In this document: piece by piece, positions 1 through 12,800 of the stretch
Layout of the letters: every line of letters starts with the position of its first letter
Position numbering within the stretch: the stretch's first letter is position 1
Assembly (NCBI GenBank): GCA_040285855.1
Contig: JAUFOQ010000013.1
Span: 2,108,001-2,144,279 of the forward strand
Source of the DNA: Eukaryota sp. GEM-RC1
Lineage: Eukaryota
Length of the DNA: 36,279 nt
Direction: 5' to 3'
Made by a program: the position numbers and the translations under genes
Notes under the pieces: generated by a model
Told to the model about the DNA's origin: nothing
The model's database searches: none
What the model saw: the letters and a program-made list of their open reading frames with translations, nothing else

Positions 1-562
1 GGTACTCCTCGTAAAGCTTGGCAATGGATGTGTCCGTGTCATCGTTCAATGAAGCAAGCACATGAGGTGAGGATAGGAGAGATTCGCAAATGGAGGAAGG
101 AACTTTGGGAGAGGCGAGAGCGAGAGGAAGAACATCGGGAGGAGACGATTCAAGATCATCTGAAGGTGGGGTAGTATAAGGAGAGTGAGAAGTAGGGATG
201 ACTTGATGTTCGGGAGGAATGGAATCATCAAGCCAGATTCCATTGAGGGAAATGAGGTTGTCAAGTTGGAGAGCAACGACTTCTTCATCAGAGGGGTTTT
301 CAAAGCGAATGAAAAGATGTTTGAGGGAGGGAAGTGATTGCAGTCCATGAATGACATCGTCTGCGGAGGGAAACTTGTTGTTTGACAGATCTAGAGTTTC
401 GAGATGTTGGAGGGCGGACATGTCTTCAGGAAGGGACTTGAATCTGTTTTGATAAAGATGAAGATATGTCAGATTAGGTAGAACACTCAACTGAGGTATA
501 ATGGGTGCCATATCGGTCAAGCCCGAACACTCGAGGTGAAGAGGACCAGTGTCAACTGTCAT
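1..562 (-). CDS. Leucine-rich repeat protein (partial; runs off the window's left edge)
   Basis: Manual translation from ATG at 562 is open for 187 codons to the window edge: MTVDTGPLHLECSGLTDMAPIIPQLSVLPNLTYLHLYQNRFKSLPEDMSALQHLETLDLSNNKFPSADDVIHGLQSLPSLKHL...LDNLISLNG, followed by a Pro/Ser-rich linker. It has LxxLxLxxN repeats and an LRRcap-like LxxLNG. The track ORF 46..357 is an alternative frame of this gene. Confidence 0.8.
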   Translation of the reverse strand, partial: MTVDTGPLHLECSGLTDMAPIIPQLSVLPNLTYLHLYQNRFKSLPEDMSALQHLETLDLSNNKFPSADDVIHGLQSLPSLKHLFIRFENPSDEEVVALQLDNLISLNGIWLDDSIPPEHQVIPTSHSPYTTPPSDDLESSPPDVLPLALASPKVPSSICESLLSSPHVLASLNDDTDTSIAKLYEEY

Positions 563-995
563 GTGTGGAAAAAATGATTCCAGGCTGGTTCAACTTTCTA
601 CATTGAACTACTGTAATACTAGCTACTGGAGAACTTATAGCTTCACGGGTCGTCATGAGTCACTGATAATGTAAAGTCATCTTTTTAAATCAAATATTTG
701 CCAGGCTGGAGACTGCCTTGCAACCTACACCTATTCAGGACTTTAATGCTAACAACAGAGGGAACTCGTACATTTGCTGATCATTGTATTCAATATTAAA
801 CGGAATGAAAATATCCAACCACAAAATATTTGTTTCAGAATAACTCAAGTTATCCTAAGTTAACTTAATATATGTTTCAGTAATTCGTCTCAACAATGTA
901 GTATTGTTTCCTTTCAAAGTTGTTCTGAAAGTTCACTGGACGGAATTCAAGAAAAAATTGAAATAGACAATTTGGGCAAGAAAATTTTCAGTATC

Positions 996-1653
996 ATGTC
1001 TTCAGACGAATTTGAAGGCTTCGAAGACTTTGAGGGGTTTGAGGAAGACTGCTCTGGTGACATTCATATGACAGATACATGGAGTTTTGTTCCAGAAGTC
1101 AAAGAAAAAACCCCCAAAGGAGGAAGAAATCCAAGTTCCTACTGCACCTCTCCCACTTGAAAGCTCCGTACTTGCCACTAGCCGTCTCATGGCTGATTTT
1201 CGTCAACTTAAACGATCGAAAGACTCTGAAAAGTTCATCTCTGTCCAAATCTCTCCACATAGTCTTTATTGTTGGAATGCGCGTTTCATTGGCTTTGACA
1301 GCTCTGATTGCATATTCAATGATCTTCAACGCCATAATGTTGATGGCATTGATCTAGAGCTTACTTTTGGTGCCCAGTTCCCTAACTTACCACCCTTTGT
1401 TCGTGTCGTCAAGCCTATATTTGCTTTCCGTACAGGACATGTGACGATGGGTGGTGCAATCTGTCATTCACTGCTTGCTTCTGACGGATGGCTTCCATCA
1501 TTCTCTGTAGAGGCTCTCCTCTTGGAACTCAGGTCATTAATGTTGGATGGACAAGCTAGACTTGATTCAAATCAGGATCTTTCTCAGTACAGTGAACATG
1601 CTGCTCGTAGTGCGTTTTCCCGAGCAATGAATATGCATAATTGGAAGGTCTAA
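996..1653 (+). CDS. UBE2Q: UBE2Q-family ubiquitin-conjugating enzyme E2 (one apparent +1 frameshift near 1105-1118)
   Basis: Motifs ATSRLMADF, FPNLPPFVRVVKP, GHVTMGGAIC (catalytic Cys), DGWLPSFSVE, ARLD and YSEHAARSAF...HNW are typical of UBE2Q. An acidic N-terminus (MSSDEFEGFEDF, ATG 996) joins the main frame if one base is removed from AAAAAACCCCC. Confidence 0.85.
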
Positions 1654-2417
1654 CAACTTTTCGAATGTCAATAAATCATTTTCATTTTGTTGAACATACT
1701 TTTTTTTAATACGTGTACATACACTGACATTTATAATAAAGTAGTACATGTAGTGTACTGTATTAGGCCTAAAAAGATAATACAACAAACAGAAAACTAC
1801 TCTTTTAAAAAGCAACGAACACTACAAACATTATTTTCAAAATAATCTATGAAACACAAGACAACAGAAAAGTTGGACCAACAGCACCACAATTCCACTA
1901 CTTATGATAAAGATTTAATGATTGCGGGCCACTGACTGGAAACAGATGAACAATTCTGAAATTTCCAATTTGACAGGCTGAATCTAATATTTTGAAACTT
2001 ACACATATATCCAAAGACCAAGAACTTAGAAATAATATGACTGAAGATAGACATATCAAACAAACCTATTTTATTTAAGCAAGGTCTGATTGAACGTCGT
2101 TGGTTACGAATCTGTGTTTCCATTTTTCTACATCTTCAATACCAATACATGTCATTTTATTCTCTACAAATATAGGTACATCATTTATAGTGCATGAAAT
2201 TAAGACATAATTGCACATCTCTTTGCAAAGACTTCTTCCGTCTAAAAACAATACATTTTATTAAATAGAGGTTCTATTTGGATCTACACTTCTGTCTAAA
2301 ACCGATTTTTAGAATAACTGTTTGAAACTCTCCCAAGAAATCACGTCTTTTTCTAGTTGTGAGTAGGATAACATTAAATTGAATAAGATACCATAATAAA
2401 TAGGGTTGTATGACATC

Positions 2418-3821
2418 CAGTGATGTACAAAAACAGCGTACCGTACACTATTTGCCGTACACTACCGTAAATTATGGTTCGGTACTATACTCGGTATCCA
2501 TAAAATACGGCAAATGTAAAAATACAGAAATTATTTATGGCAAATGTTTCCGTAGTGAGAGTATAAAATACTCTATTTGTATACCCCGTAAATCGAACCA
2601 TCAAAGCATTCTTGATCATTTTCATGAGTTCTGTAACAACTGAGCCATTCTCTGTTGCATTACTACTTGAAAGAAGAGAATTGTCGGTAGCTGAAATACT
2701 TAGAAGCTGGTACAACCTTATTGTTTTTAATAATCAAATGTGAAAATCCTGCTAAGACAACTTCAAAAACCGTATTATGTTGATCATAGTCATCGTTTGA
2801 AGTGGAGACTTTTAAGACGTCAACTATTTCTTCTCTACATAGATACTACTGGAAACCGTTGAAACGGTTCTGCATGCAGGTCATTCAGAAGAATATTAAC
2901 ATACCGATTCTGATTAGTGATGGGTCATGGTTTTGATCTCTATTTGCTCTTAGTTTTTGTAGTTTCATTTATACAAATATTTTTCCGTATTTCGCGTATT
3001 CTCACTTCGTTTCAAACTTGTCGTAATATACAGCAACTGTATAAATACGGAATTTATTTACGGCAAAGTTGAAAACGTACAGTATTTACTAGTGTTACGA
3101 GAAACGTAACAAAATTTGTCTAGAAACGTTTCGGAAACGTTTCCACGTTTCCACGTTTCCGAAACGTCATTTTTATATGAACAATTCTCATTTCTTCCTA
3201 ATTCAATTTCTCTCTTCCAATATTTCTAAAATATCAACACTCTCACTGTTTTGTAGTATGTCTCAACGACATTGATGAAGGTGAAATCGTTCAGATTGCA
3301 CACAGCGACGACTATGCGTCACTTTTCTCTCCCAGTGGCCGACGAAAAGACTCCACTGATTACCCTGTGAGCTTGGCCTCTTCAAACTGGATGTTTCCTT
3401 GTATTAGATGGATGTAATGATCCACATATGGTCTTTAACATTGTTACATCTGATGGTGCAAGGTTATACGGTTGTATTACAACTTTGCAAATTTTAAATA
3501 TACATTGTGGTCATGTTATTTTTATAGAATTTAATAATGTTATTGAATAAATGAGTCCAGCTCACATCACGTTAAAAAAGATGGTCAAAGTCGGTAGACG
3601 AATGAAAAGAAGCTTCCAGGATTTATCATTAGTCATAGAAGTTGAAATGAGTTTCTTTGGTACAAAAACAAGTTAAAACCAGACCCAAAATTTACGTTTC
3701 GGAAACGTATTCTACGTTTCCAAGCCGTTTCCATACTGATATGTTTATTGAAAACGTTTCGGAAACGTGGAAACGCTGAAACGTAGAAACGTTTCTCGTA
3801 ACACTAGTATTTACGTCACTG
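2418..3821. mobile_element. Non-autonomous hAT-like element (outer; ~680 bp once the nested insert is removed)
   Basis: Perfect 8-bp TSD ATGACATC at 2410-2417 and 3822-3829. Imperfect TIRs CAGTGATGTA / TACGTCACTG. Subterminal CCGTA/TACGG repeats at both ends. No intact ORF. Confidence 0.75.
3090..3806. mobile_element. Non-autonomous hAT-like MITE (717 bp), nested in the right end of the 2418-3821 element
   Basis: Perfect 18-bp TIR TAGTGTTACGAGAAACGT, perfect 8-bp TSD GTATTTAC (3082-3089, 3807-3814), and dense subterminal GAAACGT/ACGTTTC repeats. Confidence 0.9.
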
Positions 3822-3866
3822 ATGACATCTGCAAAATGATGAATTCCCGGCATCTTCCCACCTCGC

Positions 3867-6800
3867 ATGACCCCTCTACAGTCACATCTGTCTCTAGTTA
3901 TACCACTTCTTCTTGGGATCCCCAACGACTCTTTTGAACAGGTTCTTTGTTCCTCCTCTCCACTTCTAAAGTCCTTCAAGGAAGGCAACCTTTCAGACTT
4001 GTATATATCTGACTCTAAGATCTCTAGCAGCCCTCACAATGCACCCTTCTATGTCAAGTTATCAAAAACCTCTTCCATCCTCGACGAATCCCAACCTCTC
4101 CCTCCACAGTTACACCTTACAACGGTACACTCTTCCTCTAGTAATATCACTGATTCTCCCGTCTTCCCTGTTCTTCCACTCATTAGTAGTCCCAATCCAA
4201 GTTCATCTGATTTAGCTACCATTGGCAAGAAGTGGATTGTGTTGTTGGATCAACTGTTCAGTTCTATATTTAGAATCAAACCACGTGATCAACTGTCTGA
4301 TGAACTTTGCTTTTGGAAGAATTTCACTTCAGAATATGCAAAGTTTTATGACAATTACAATCCCCAGTTCAATGGTTTATGTAAATCTTTGATGGATGTA
4401 GACAAGGGAAATAACCGTGAATGTATTCAAATTGGAAACAAACTGTTACTATTTGATTTGTCTTTATTTCGAAAGGAAATCAATGACTATTGGTCTTTTC
4501 TATTGAGTTTCAATTATGAAGGTCTTGAACAATGTTCAAATTCAACTGATGTTTTAAATTATGCACAACAACTCGTTATTGTTGATTCTATTGTAAACAT
4601 TTCAAAATTCTGGTTAGTTTTAATGAATTCATTTTTACAAAAATTGGTGTACCAAATTTTAAGATTCTTTTTGATTCCGCTCCCAATTTTAGATCTCCTC
4701 TTTTGTTATCTAATGATGAGTTTCCACTCTTTTATGACTCAATACTCAAACTAATTACTTTGTTAGATCAGAAATCAGCTGCAACCCGTTTTGAGTTGTC
4801 TGCTTTTAGAGACTATCTTGTTCAATTGCGGAATTTCATTACTGATATCAGGAATTTTAATCTACTCCATTTGACTCTTGTCGATTTTGTTGAAACTACA
4901 AGCGAATATTTTAAAAATCTATTACAATTGGACGACAGTTTTTAGAAATTTCCAAGGAATGTAAACTTAGACTATCCCAATTATCTAAGTGTCACGAGAA
5001 TTTCAATTCAATATTACTTCGGAATTACCATAGGTCATTATCTCACGTTTACAGCTTAGTTTTGGACTATATTTCATCTGAGTTGGATAATTCTACATCG
5101 TTGTTACATTCTTTCAGAATATTAGAGAAATTTCAATTATTGCTTTCATTACCAGTCTTTCAATCCTCGTTACGTCCCCACACTGACAAAATCCTTTTGG
5201 CTATACGATCGTCAGTAGGTAAACTTACAGAAAATTCAGAAACCAGTATTAACTTGAATTCCAGCTTTGTTTTACTTGCGAAGTTCCGGGAAATTCCGAC
5301 TTCCACATTAAAACTGTCTCTTTTTGATTCTACAAAGTATAAAGCCCGTAGCTGTTTAAATGGCCTGAACTTTATTTTTGGAACTGATTGGAAGAATCAC
5401 GTTGATGGAGCTTCATTCGCTGAGAATCTAAATCAATTGGAGAAAACAGTCAATGTTAGTAAAACAACAGCTTTATCTGTTTGGCATGATCGTGCACGGA
5501 AGACATCAAATGCTCAACCACTTCTCGCAAAAATATTGAAAATTTCAAAACCTGATCAAAATTCGTCCTTTCGTTGTCTACAGTCAACAATTCCTAATTG
5601 GATGATTGACACCATGGTAGGATATCATTCTATTCATCTAAAGTCTATTGATAGACATTTGGAGACTGTCATGATGGATGTCAAAATGCTGTATCACAAG
5701 GTTCATCAATTCAATAGCGCACTTGAATTGTTTGAAAATTGTGTTTATTTGATTGATAGTAGTAATCATGCTGAATATCTTTATCTTTGTTGCCAACAGG
5801 AGATGACTGTTGTCAGAGAACAATGTGACTCTTTTTAAATAATCACCAAATCGTTTGGTCTACTATCACAGTTGAATTGGTAATGAGTTTTGTTTACAAC
5901 TGTCACATGTTGTACGATTCCATCACGTCATCAATCAAAACAATTGATTACATCCAAACTGAGTTAGATGATTTTAAATCCTTATTCAAGGTTAATCCTT
6001 CTTTTGATCATTTTAAAGAAAAACTACTACCCATTTATAATTCAATTAAGAAGCAAACTAATCAATTACTACTATCAAATCAATCTTTTGTTAGAATTCT
6101 TCAATATGTTGATGATCAGTGTTGTCTTGTGTTAAGAGATCTATTGTCATCATTTTTAAAAACCGAAACTTTTTCAAACATTGCGAATTACTTTTTTCCA
6201 ACCAATGTCAAAAGCCAAGCTGTTGTCACTAATTCTGACACAGTGTCGGTTTACTTGCAGCCTTCATATGATCAATGTTTCAATATCGTTTTTGAATCCA
6301 TTGATAGGTTGATTTGTCAATTTGAGAATTTACCTCGAGTTGGAACAAAATCACTTACTCTTCAGTGTAAATTCGAACTTCAGTCCTTGTATGATCATGT
6401 CATTGCTGATTGTAATGATTTTCTTTGTAATTGGGGCAAAATTAACACAATTGTTGATTTGTGTAATTCTCTCCAAGATTTAAATCCTACTGGTCCATCG
6501 TCAGATCTTAAATCTTTAGAGTGTGTTGGCGAGGTTTTGCTTAATATTGTTTCAGCTTTTGAATTTTTAAATCCCATTCAAAATTTGATTGAATTCCAGT
6601 ATTTCGTACTTGATGTCTCTCGATTCAAGGATTCTTGCTTGTCAATTTTAAACCATCTACTGGACGCCAAACATCTCTATTTTGAACAATTCTTTTCCCA
6701 AACTTGGTCATATTTTGATCAGTTTCTTTCCACCGTTCGGTCTAGTTTAGAATCAGTCGATAATCAACTGAGTTTGGAACAATTAATTGAAGTTGTGGAG

Positions 6801-9800
6801 ATTTCTGAGCTTATCAATTCACATTCTGAATTCCAACAACAATTTCAAAAAATATTGAAATTCATGAGCTTGTTCAAAATTTCGTTGAATTCCACCTTTC
6901 AACATGAATACTTTATTTCTAACTGGAACGTTACCATTGACTTACAAAAAAAATGTATTTTATATGCCGTTTCCAGGACTGAACCACTTTCAAAGGAATT
7001 TGGTTCATCATTAACCTCTTTTGCCAGGAACTTGTTCAATTTGAGAAAGACTGGAAAACTTCTCGTCCAGTAAAAAAGACCTTGTCTGCCAGCAGTGCGA
7101 TTTCTGATTTGCAGAATTTTGAAAAGTGTCGTAAAAACCATGATTTAAAATTAAAGAATTTGAAAGCTTGTCAATGTTTCCTTCTTGATAAGTGCTCAGT
7201 TTCATTTACCTCTGAACATAGTGAGACCTTTAATCGATGTGAGTCAATACTCAACTCTGTGTCAAAAGGATGTAGTGAATCCCTAAATTCTTGGAATGTC
7301 ATTAAAGAAGTTTGCCTAAATTTAAATATTATATTGCAAAAACCTTTTAAGGATGTTAATCTCATGAACTTCTCAGGTATTTCAGACTCACTCCAGAATT
7401 TACAGGCGAAGATGAAAACACAAGCTAGAACTTCTTTTTCTGCATATGTTTACTACTTAAATCAGGTGGCTAAATGTTTAAGTTGCCTTCCCTTGTTGGA
7501 GAAAATGGTCTCAACTAAGCTCAATATTCGTCATAAAACTGGAATTACCAATGTTTTAGTTGGAGTCGATGTTGACTCAGACTTGGACCAACTACCACTT
7601 TCAACTTTGTTTGGTCTTTCTTCTGGTAAATCAATTGTTGACGTATCTGATGTTATTTCTTCAATTTTGATTGTTGCGGAAGAGGAACAAAACATTCGTG
7701 TTTTCTTCGACTCCACATCATCAAGGTGGGCAAATATCCAGTTTTCTTTTAAGAAAAGAATGATGAAACGTGTTCAACAGGTGTCTTTTTAATTTCCAAT
7801 TTGCAGGAGCTGTTCAAGCAACTTGATGAAGATTTCATGGCTATTGATGGTCTCAAAAAATCTCCTCATTTTGAGTCTTTCACTACCTCGACTTTAGAAT
7901 TGGAAGATTGCTTAAGAAATTATCATCATTTATTTGAGGGTTTAAATTCGGTTCAGTCCGATTTTGTTCAACTCTGTAGTATTTTCCAAGTTTATCCACT
8001 AGATTTCCGTGGATCAGATGTGTCCTGGATCTCTACCAAGAAAAAGTTTATTCAATACATGTGCCAACTGTCAGAAATCGACACGATTGCATCTCTTCCT
8101 GATCATGACGTTTTGGAATCTATCAAAAGTGATTTTAATTTCCTAAAAGAGCAAGTTAGGATAATACTTTCTCGTGAACGCTGTCTCTTTCCAAGACTAT
8201 TTTTCCTTGGTGATATTGACCTATTGACTGCACTAGCAGTTTTTAAATCAAATATTGCTGAGTTAAATGTGTTTTTACCTAAAATATTTCCTGGAACAAA
8301 CTCTCTAATTATTAAACAAAATTCAATTATTGGAGTTAAGTGTATTAGAGGGGACTTTGTTTACTTTGAAAATTATCTGGAATTCAATTCTCTCAGCACT
8401 TTGTCAGAATTTCTTCTAGAATTACAAAAGAATATTTCGTCAAGTCTTAGTAATTTGTTTTCCACAATGTCAGTTGATTTGTTCGAGTGTCTCAACTTAC
8501 TAGACCTCACCAGTTCCACGCCAAATGATTTTTCAAAGTGTAAGGATTTAGTCTTAAATTGGTTGGAAACTACACCTTCTCAATTAATTTGGCTTTGTCT
8601 GCTTCATTCCTGGACAACTCTAATTGAGCGTATTTTGGACAACGATGGCACCTTTTCAAATCTTCATTTATTGTTTGTAGAGTTGGTCAATATTTTTACC
8701 CGTGCAACTACAAATTCAAATATTCTTGTCCAACAAAAAGCCAAAGCATATCTTCCTGAGATATATTTACTAAAGACGACACTTCAGTCTTTTGCAATTC
8801 TCAATCATTTTCTAAAACTTCAAGAACATGGCTGTCTAACTTGCGGTGTTATGCAGAATCAAATGACGTTAAACTTTCCCTCGAACACTTTTCATTTCCT
8901 TATGGCTGGGAGTTTATTGGACTTGTTGATTGTCTGGTTAGAACTCCCACTATTAACCGTGTTTTTTCAAGTATTTTCCTATCAATGTCTCTTGGATTTG
9001 CTTGTAATAGCGTTGGACCAGCTGGTACAGGTAAAACCGAAAGTGTTCGTTTCTTAGGTTCTTTGCTTGGAAAACAAGTCCTAGTATTTAATGGGGATCA
9101 ATCATTTGATTGTGAGTCAATGTCACGTATATTTGTAGGACTATGTGAGAGCGGTGTTTGGGGGTGTTTTGACGAGTTTAATCGATTGGAACCTGATGTG
9201 TTGTCACGTGTTTCCGAGGACATTTTTGAAATTCAAACAGCAATTAAGTCTAAAGAATTCAGTGCTAATCTGACACGTCATCGACGCTGTACTGTCGACC
9301 CAACGTGTGCTATATTTACCACAATGAATCCAACTGGGTATTTGGGTAGGTCAGAACTTCCAAATAATTTAAAATCTTTGTTCAGAATTATCACCATTAA
9401 TACTACAGATGAATTAGAGATTGTTGAAGTTCTTCTTTTGTCCCAAGGAATTCTTCCTAATGTATTACGTGGAATTCCAAAATCTCTAGTTGAACTGTTT
9501 AATTACTGTAAGAACGACCTATCTTCCCAAAGTCACTATGATTTCTCCTTACGAGCTTTGGAAACAAGTGGTTAAAGTATGCAGCTCCAAGTTAGATTGT
9601 CACAAGTCGCTGTCATTGAAGAATAATCTAGTTTTGGCCATTAAAGAAGTGGTTGAACCGAAGCTTGTTCATGAAGATTTGATCAAATTTCAAAATTTCA
9701 TATATGAGTTTTTCCCCGCTGTTAACGTGTCGTCTGGTATTTCTGACAATGAAATTTTGAATTTATGTGAACAACAAGGGTTGTCTACTACTGGTACATG

Positions 9801-12800
9801 GCTTTCAAAAGTTTACCAGTTACATCAAATAATTCCTTCTAACCATGGTATTTTAATTTATGGTGATACAGCGGTCGGTAAATCCTCTGCGATCGACATT
9901 TGTGCGAAAATTTCAAATGCCCAAGTTTTCAAATTCGATCCGATTTCTATACAAAAATCTAATTTCATTGGACATCGAGACGAGACAACTGGAGATTGGA
10001 TCGATGGCTGTCTTTCTTCTCGTCTGCGGTCCATTTATTCAAACGGAGTCCATGAAAACTATTGGATTGTTCTCGACTCTGATGTTAATCCTGACTGGGT
10101 GGAATCATTGAATTCTTTACTTGATGATAACAAAATTTTATCTTTGCCCACTGGAGAACGTATTCCTCTTTTGCCTGGAACTAGGATCATTATTGAAACG
10201 TCGTCCACTAGCTGTGCTTCGCTGGCAACAATTTCTCGGTGTTCGAACGTGTTTTTTCCTTCGAATTGTCTCACGTTCAAGTGCATTTATCAAAAATTGT
10301 TCTTTGACGTGTCGTCAGTTCTTGAATCTGTGGGGCTATCGTATGAAGAAATTGTCAGGACAGTGGCTGCTACGCTAACAGATGACGTGCTTAGTAGAAT
10401 ATTTCATATTTATTTTGAAAAATTGGCGGACTTTGACGATTCTCAATTCCTTGAGGCAACTGAATCAGCGTCTTACTACTCAATAGCAGCAACATTTGTG
10501 TCTTTAATCATTGGAAATTTCAAAATTCACAAACCTCAACTTTCCAACAATTCACAGTACTTATTCCGTCTAATTTTCCTTGCTTTTCTTCAGTCAATCT
10601 GTAACTCTTTCCCAAAATCAATCGCCTCTCAACTCTCCCAAGAGATTTCTCCTCTAATTACCAATAACTTTATTGGACAACTTCCTTCGATGTTTTTAGA
10701 CAACACTCTTTTAGATTTCTGTCTTAATACTAATGGTGAGTGGATACAAATTTCAGAATTGGTTCCAGCAGTAGAACCTTCGTTAGTGGAAATTGAAAAT
10801 GATTGTTTAATTCCCACGCAGGAATCAGTGTATATGCAACAACTATTGGATGTGTTGTTTACTATAGAAAAGTCGGTTTTATTGACAGGGAAACCAGGTC
10901 TAGGGAAGTCTGTCAACATTTTTAAATATTTCAAGAACCGCACCGATGTTGAATTTTGTTATTTCAATTTATCAAAGGAGTTTTCTCCGTCCATTGTTAC
11001 AAAGAAGCTACTTCATTTGTGCTCCTTTAAACCCAGGGGATCGCATTTTGTTCTTTCTCCGACAAATTCCAAGAAAATTGTTCTGTTTCTCGACGAAATT
11101 AATCTGCCTCAACTTGACACATACAGTCAATCAGTAGTATCCATATTTGTCAGACAAATTCTAAATCTACGAAGTATCTTCATTGATGACAAGTACTGTC
11201 ATCTAGATAACCTTACATTTTGGCGGCATGTAATTCCCCCCAAGGAAGTGGGCCGATCCTATTTGTCATCGAGACTTTTAAGGTATTTTTCTGTTGTCCA
11301 TTTAGATTACCCCTCCTCAACTTCAATGTTTCAAATTTATTCTACATTTTTGAAATCAATTTGTTCAGAATTCAAGTTAGATGTTACTTCCCTCGCTAAT
11401 TCTCTTTGTTCCTTTGTAATTTCTCTATTCAGCTTCTGTAAACAAAAGTTTACTACAGAACTTGTGTCATCTTCTTTGAGAGACATTTCGCGTTGGGTTA
11501 ATGCCTTATTGTCAGCATTGAAGTCATCTCAACAAGATTCTCTTACAGCTGAGTCATTCATTAGTTTAGGAATTTATGAAGCATTCAAGTTATTCGGAGG
11601 CAAAATCATTGATGCGGATTGGAATGAGCTTTTCCATCAACAATTTTCTCATTTATTACGTCATCATTTAGGTTCATTTGTCGATTCCTCATTGGTGTCT
11701 GAAGTTCTTTCGAAACAAACAGTCTTCAGTTCCATCATTACTGGACTTTATTCTCCAATTGCCGTCTCTGATCTCCAAATGAGTTTACAATCAAGGATTA
11801 AATCTTATCACAAATTAACAGGAGAGTTTCTTGTTCCAACAGTTGACTTTTGTAATACTTTATTACAAATTGATGGTATTTTTAAACAATCTTCTGGACA
11901 CATTCTTCTTTTGGGACCAAATGGTTTGTGTAAGTCTTCCATTTTAAAATTTTATGCACATATTTCAAATTTTTCCATTTCTTTCATGAGCTCTCTTTCT
12001 GATTACTCTCTTGCCAGTTTTATCACGGATGTCAGTGAAGCTGTCGTTGAATCCGTTCGCAATTCACGTCATGTGATTTTCGTGATTGATGATCATCTCA
12101 TTTCTGATTCTTCATTTTTAGAAGCAATCAACTCCTTGCTGTCACAAAGTGACGTTCTTGATATTTTGGATTCGGAATCTTTGTCACGTCTACATGATGA
12201 CGTGTCGCGACAACTGAAATCGAAGGTAACAGTAATGAGTGAAATTAACAAACGAGTTCGTAAGTTTCTTTCAATATGCTATTGCTATTCAGCTTCACCA
12301 ACTCATGCTGACTTGTCACTTTCCAGTGCTTTGTTGAATAGGTATGCTGTGGTGACGTGTCAATCATGGAAGCTTGATTCACTTAAGCAACTGGCAACTG
12401 AATTACTGCAGAGCTCAGATTCCTATGGTCAGCTAAATGATATTGTCAAGGTTTATGACAGTCCACCATTAGAACTACTTGACCAACTTTTCCATGTCGT
12501 TGCCAGAATAATTGCAAATGTCCAAGTAATTTCAACGACATATGACATTTCGCCACCCTCAATGACGTCAATTAAATCGTTTATATATACTTACTCGTCG
12601 CTCATTTCAACAATTTTTGAAAAATTTAAAAAGAATCAATCAAAGTTCAAAAATCTGTTAGAACTCTTCAATCATCTCTAAATGACGTCAATAATCTCTC
12701 TCAAGACTTAAATCTCCAAGAGCAAGACTTACTAGAGAAAGAAAAAGGCCGCGACTGTAAAACTCTCTGAGTTAGGGATCAAGCAAGGGGAGCTATCAGC

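Noticed and set aside
3090..3806. GAAACGT arrays as a CRISPR-like or satellite repeat
   Set aside because: Spacing is irregular, the arrays are confined to the element ends, and they are explained as transposon subterminal repeats in a eukaryotic context.
4930..5840. Stop-codon reassignment (TAA/TAG read-through)
   Set aside because: Coding continues in a different frame after each stop, and intact genes end normally in TAA.
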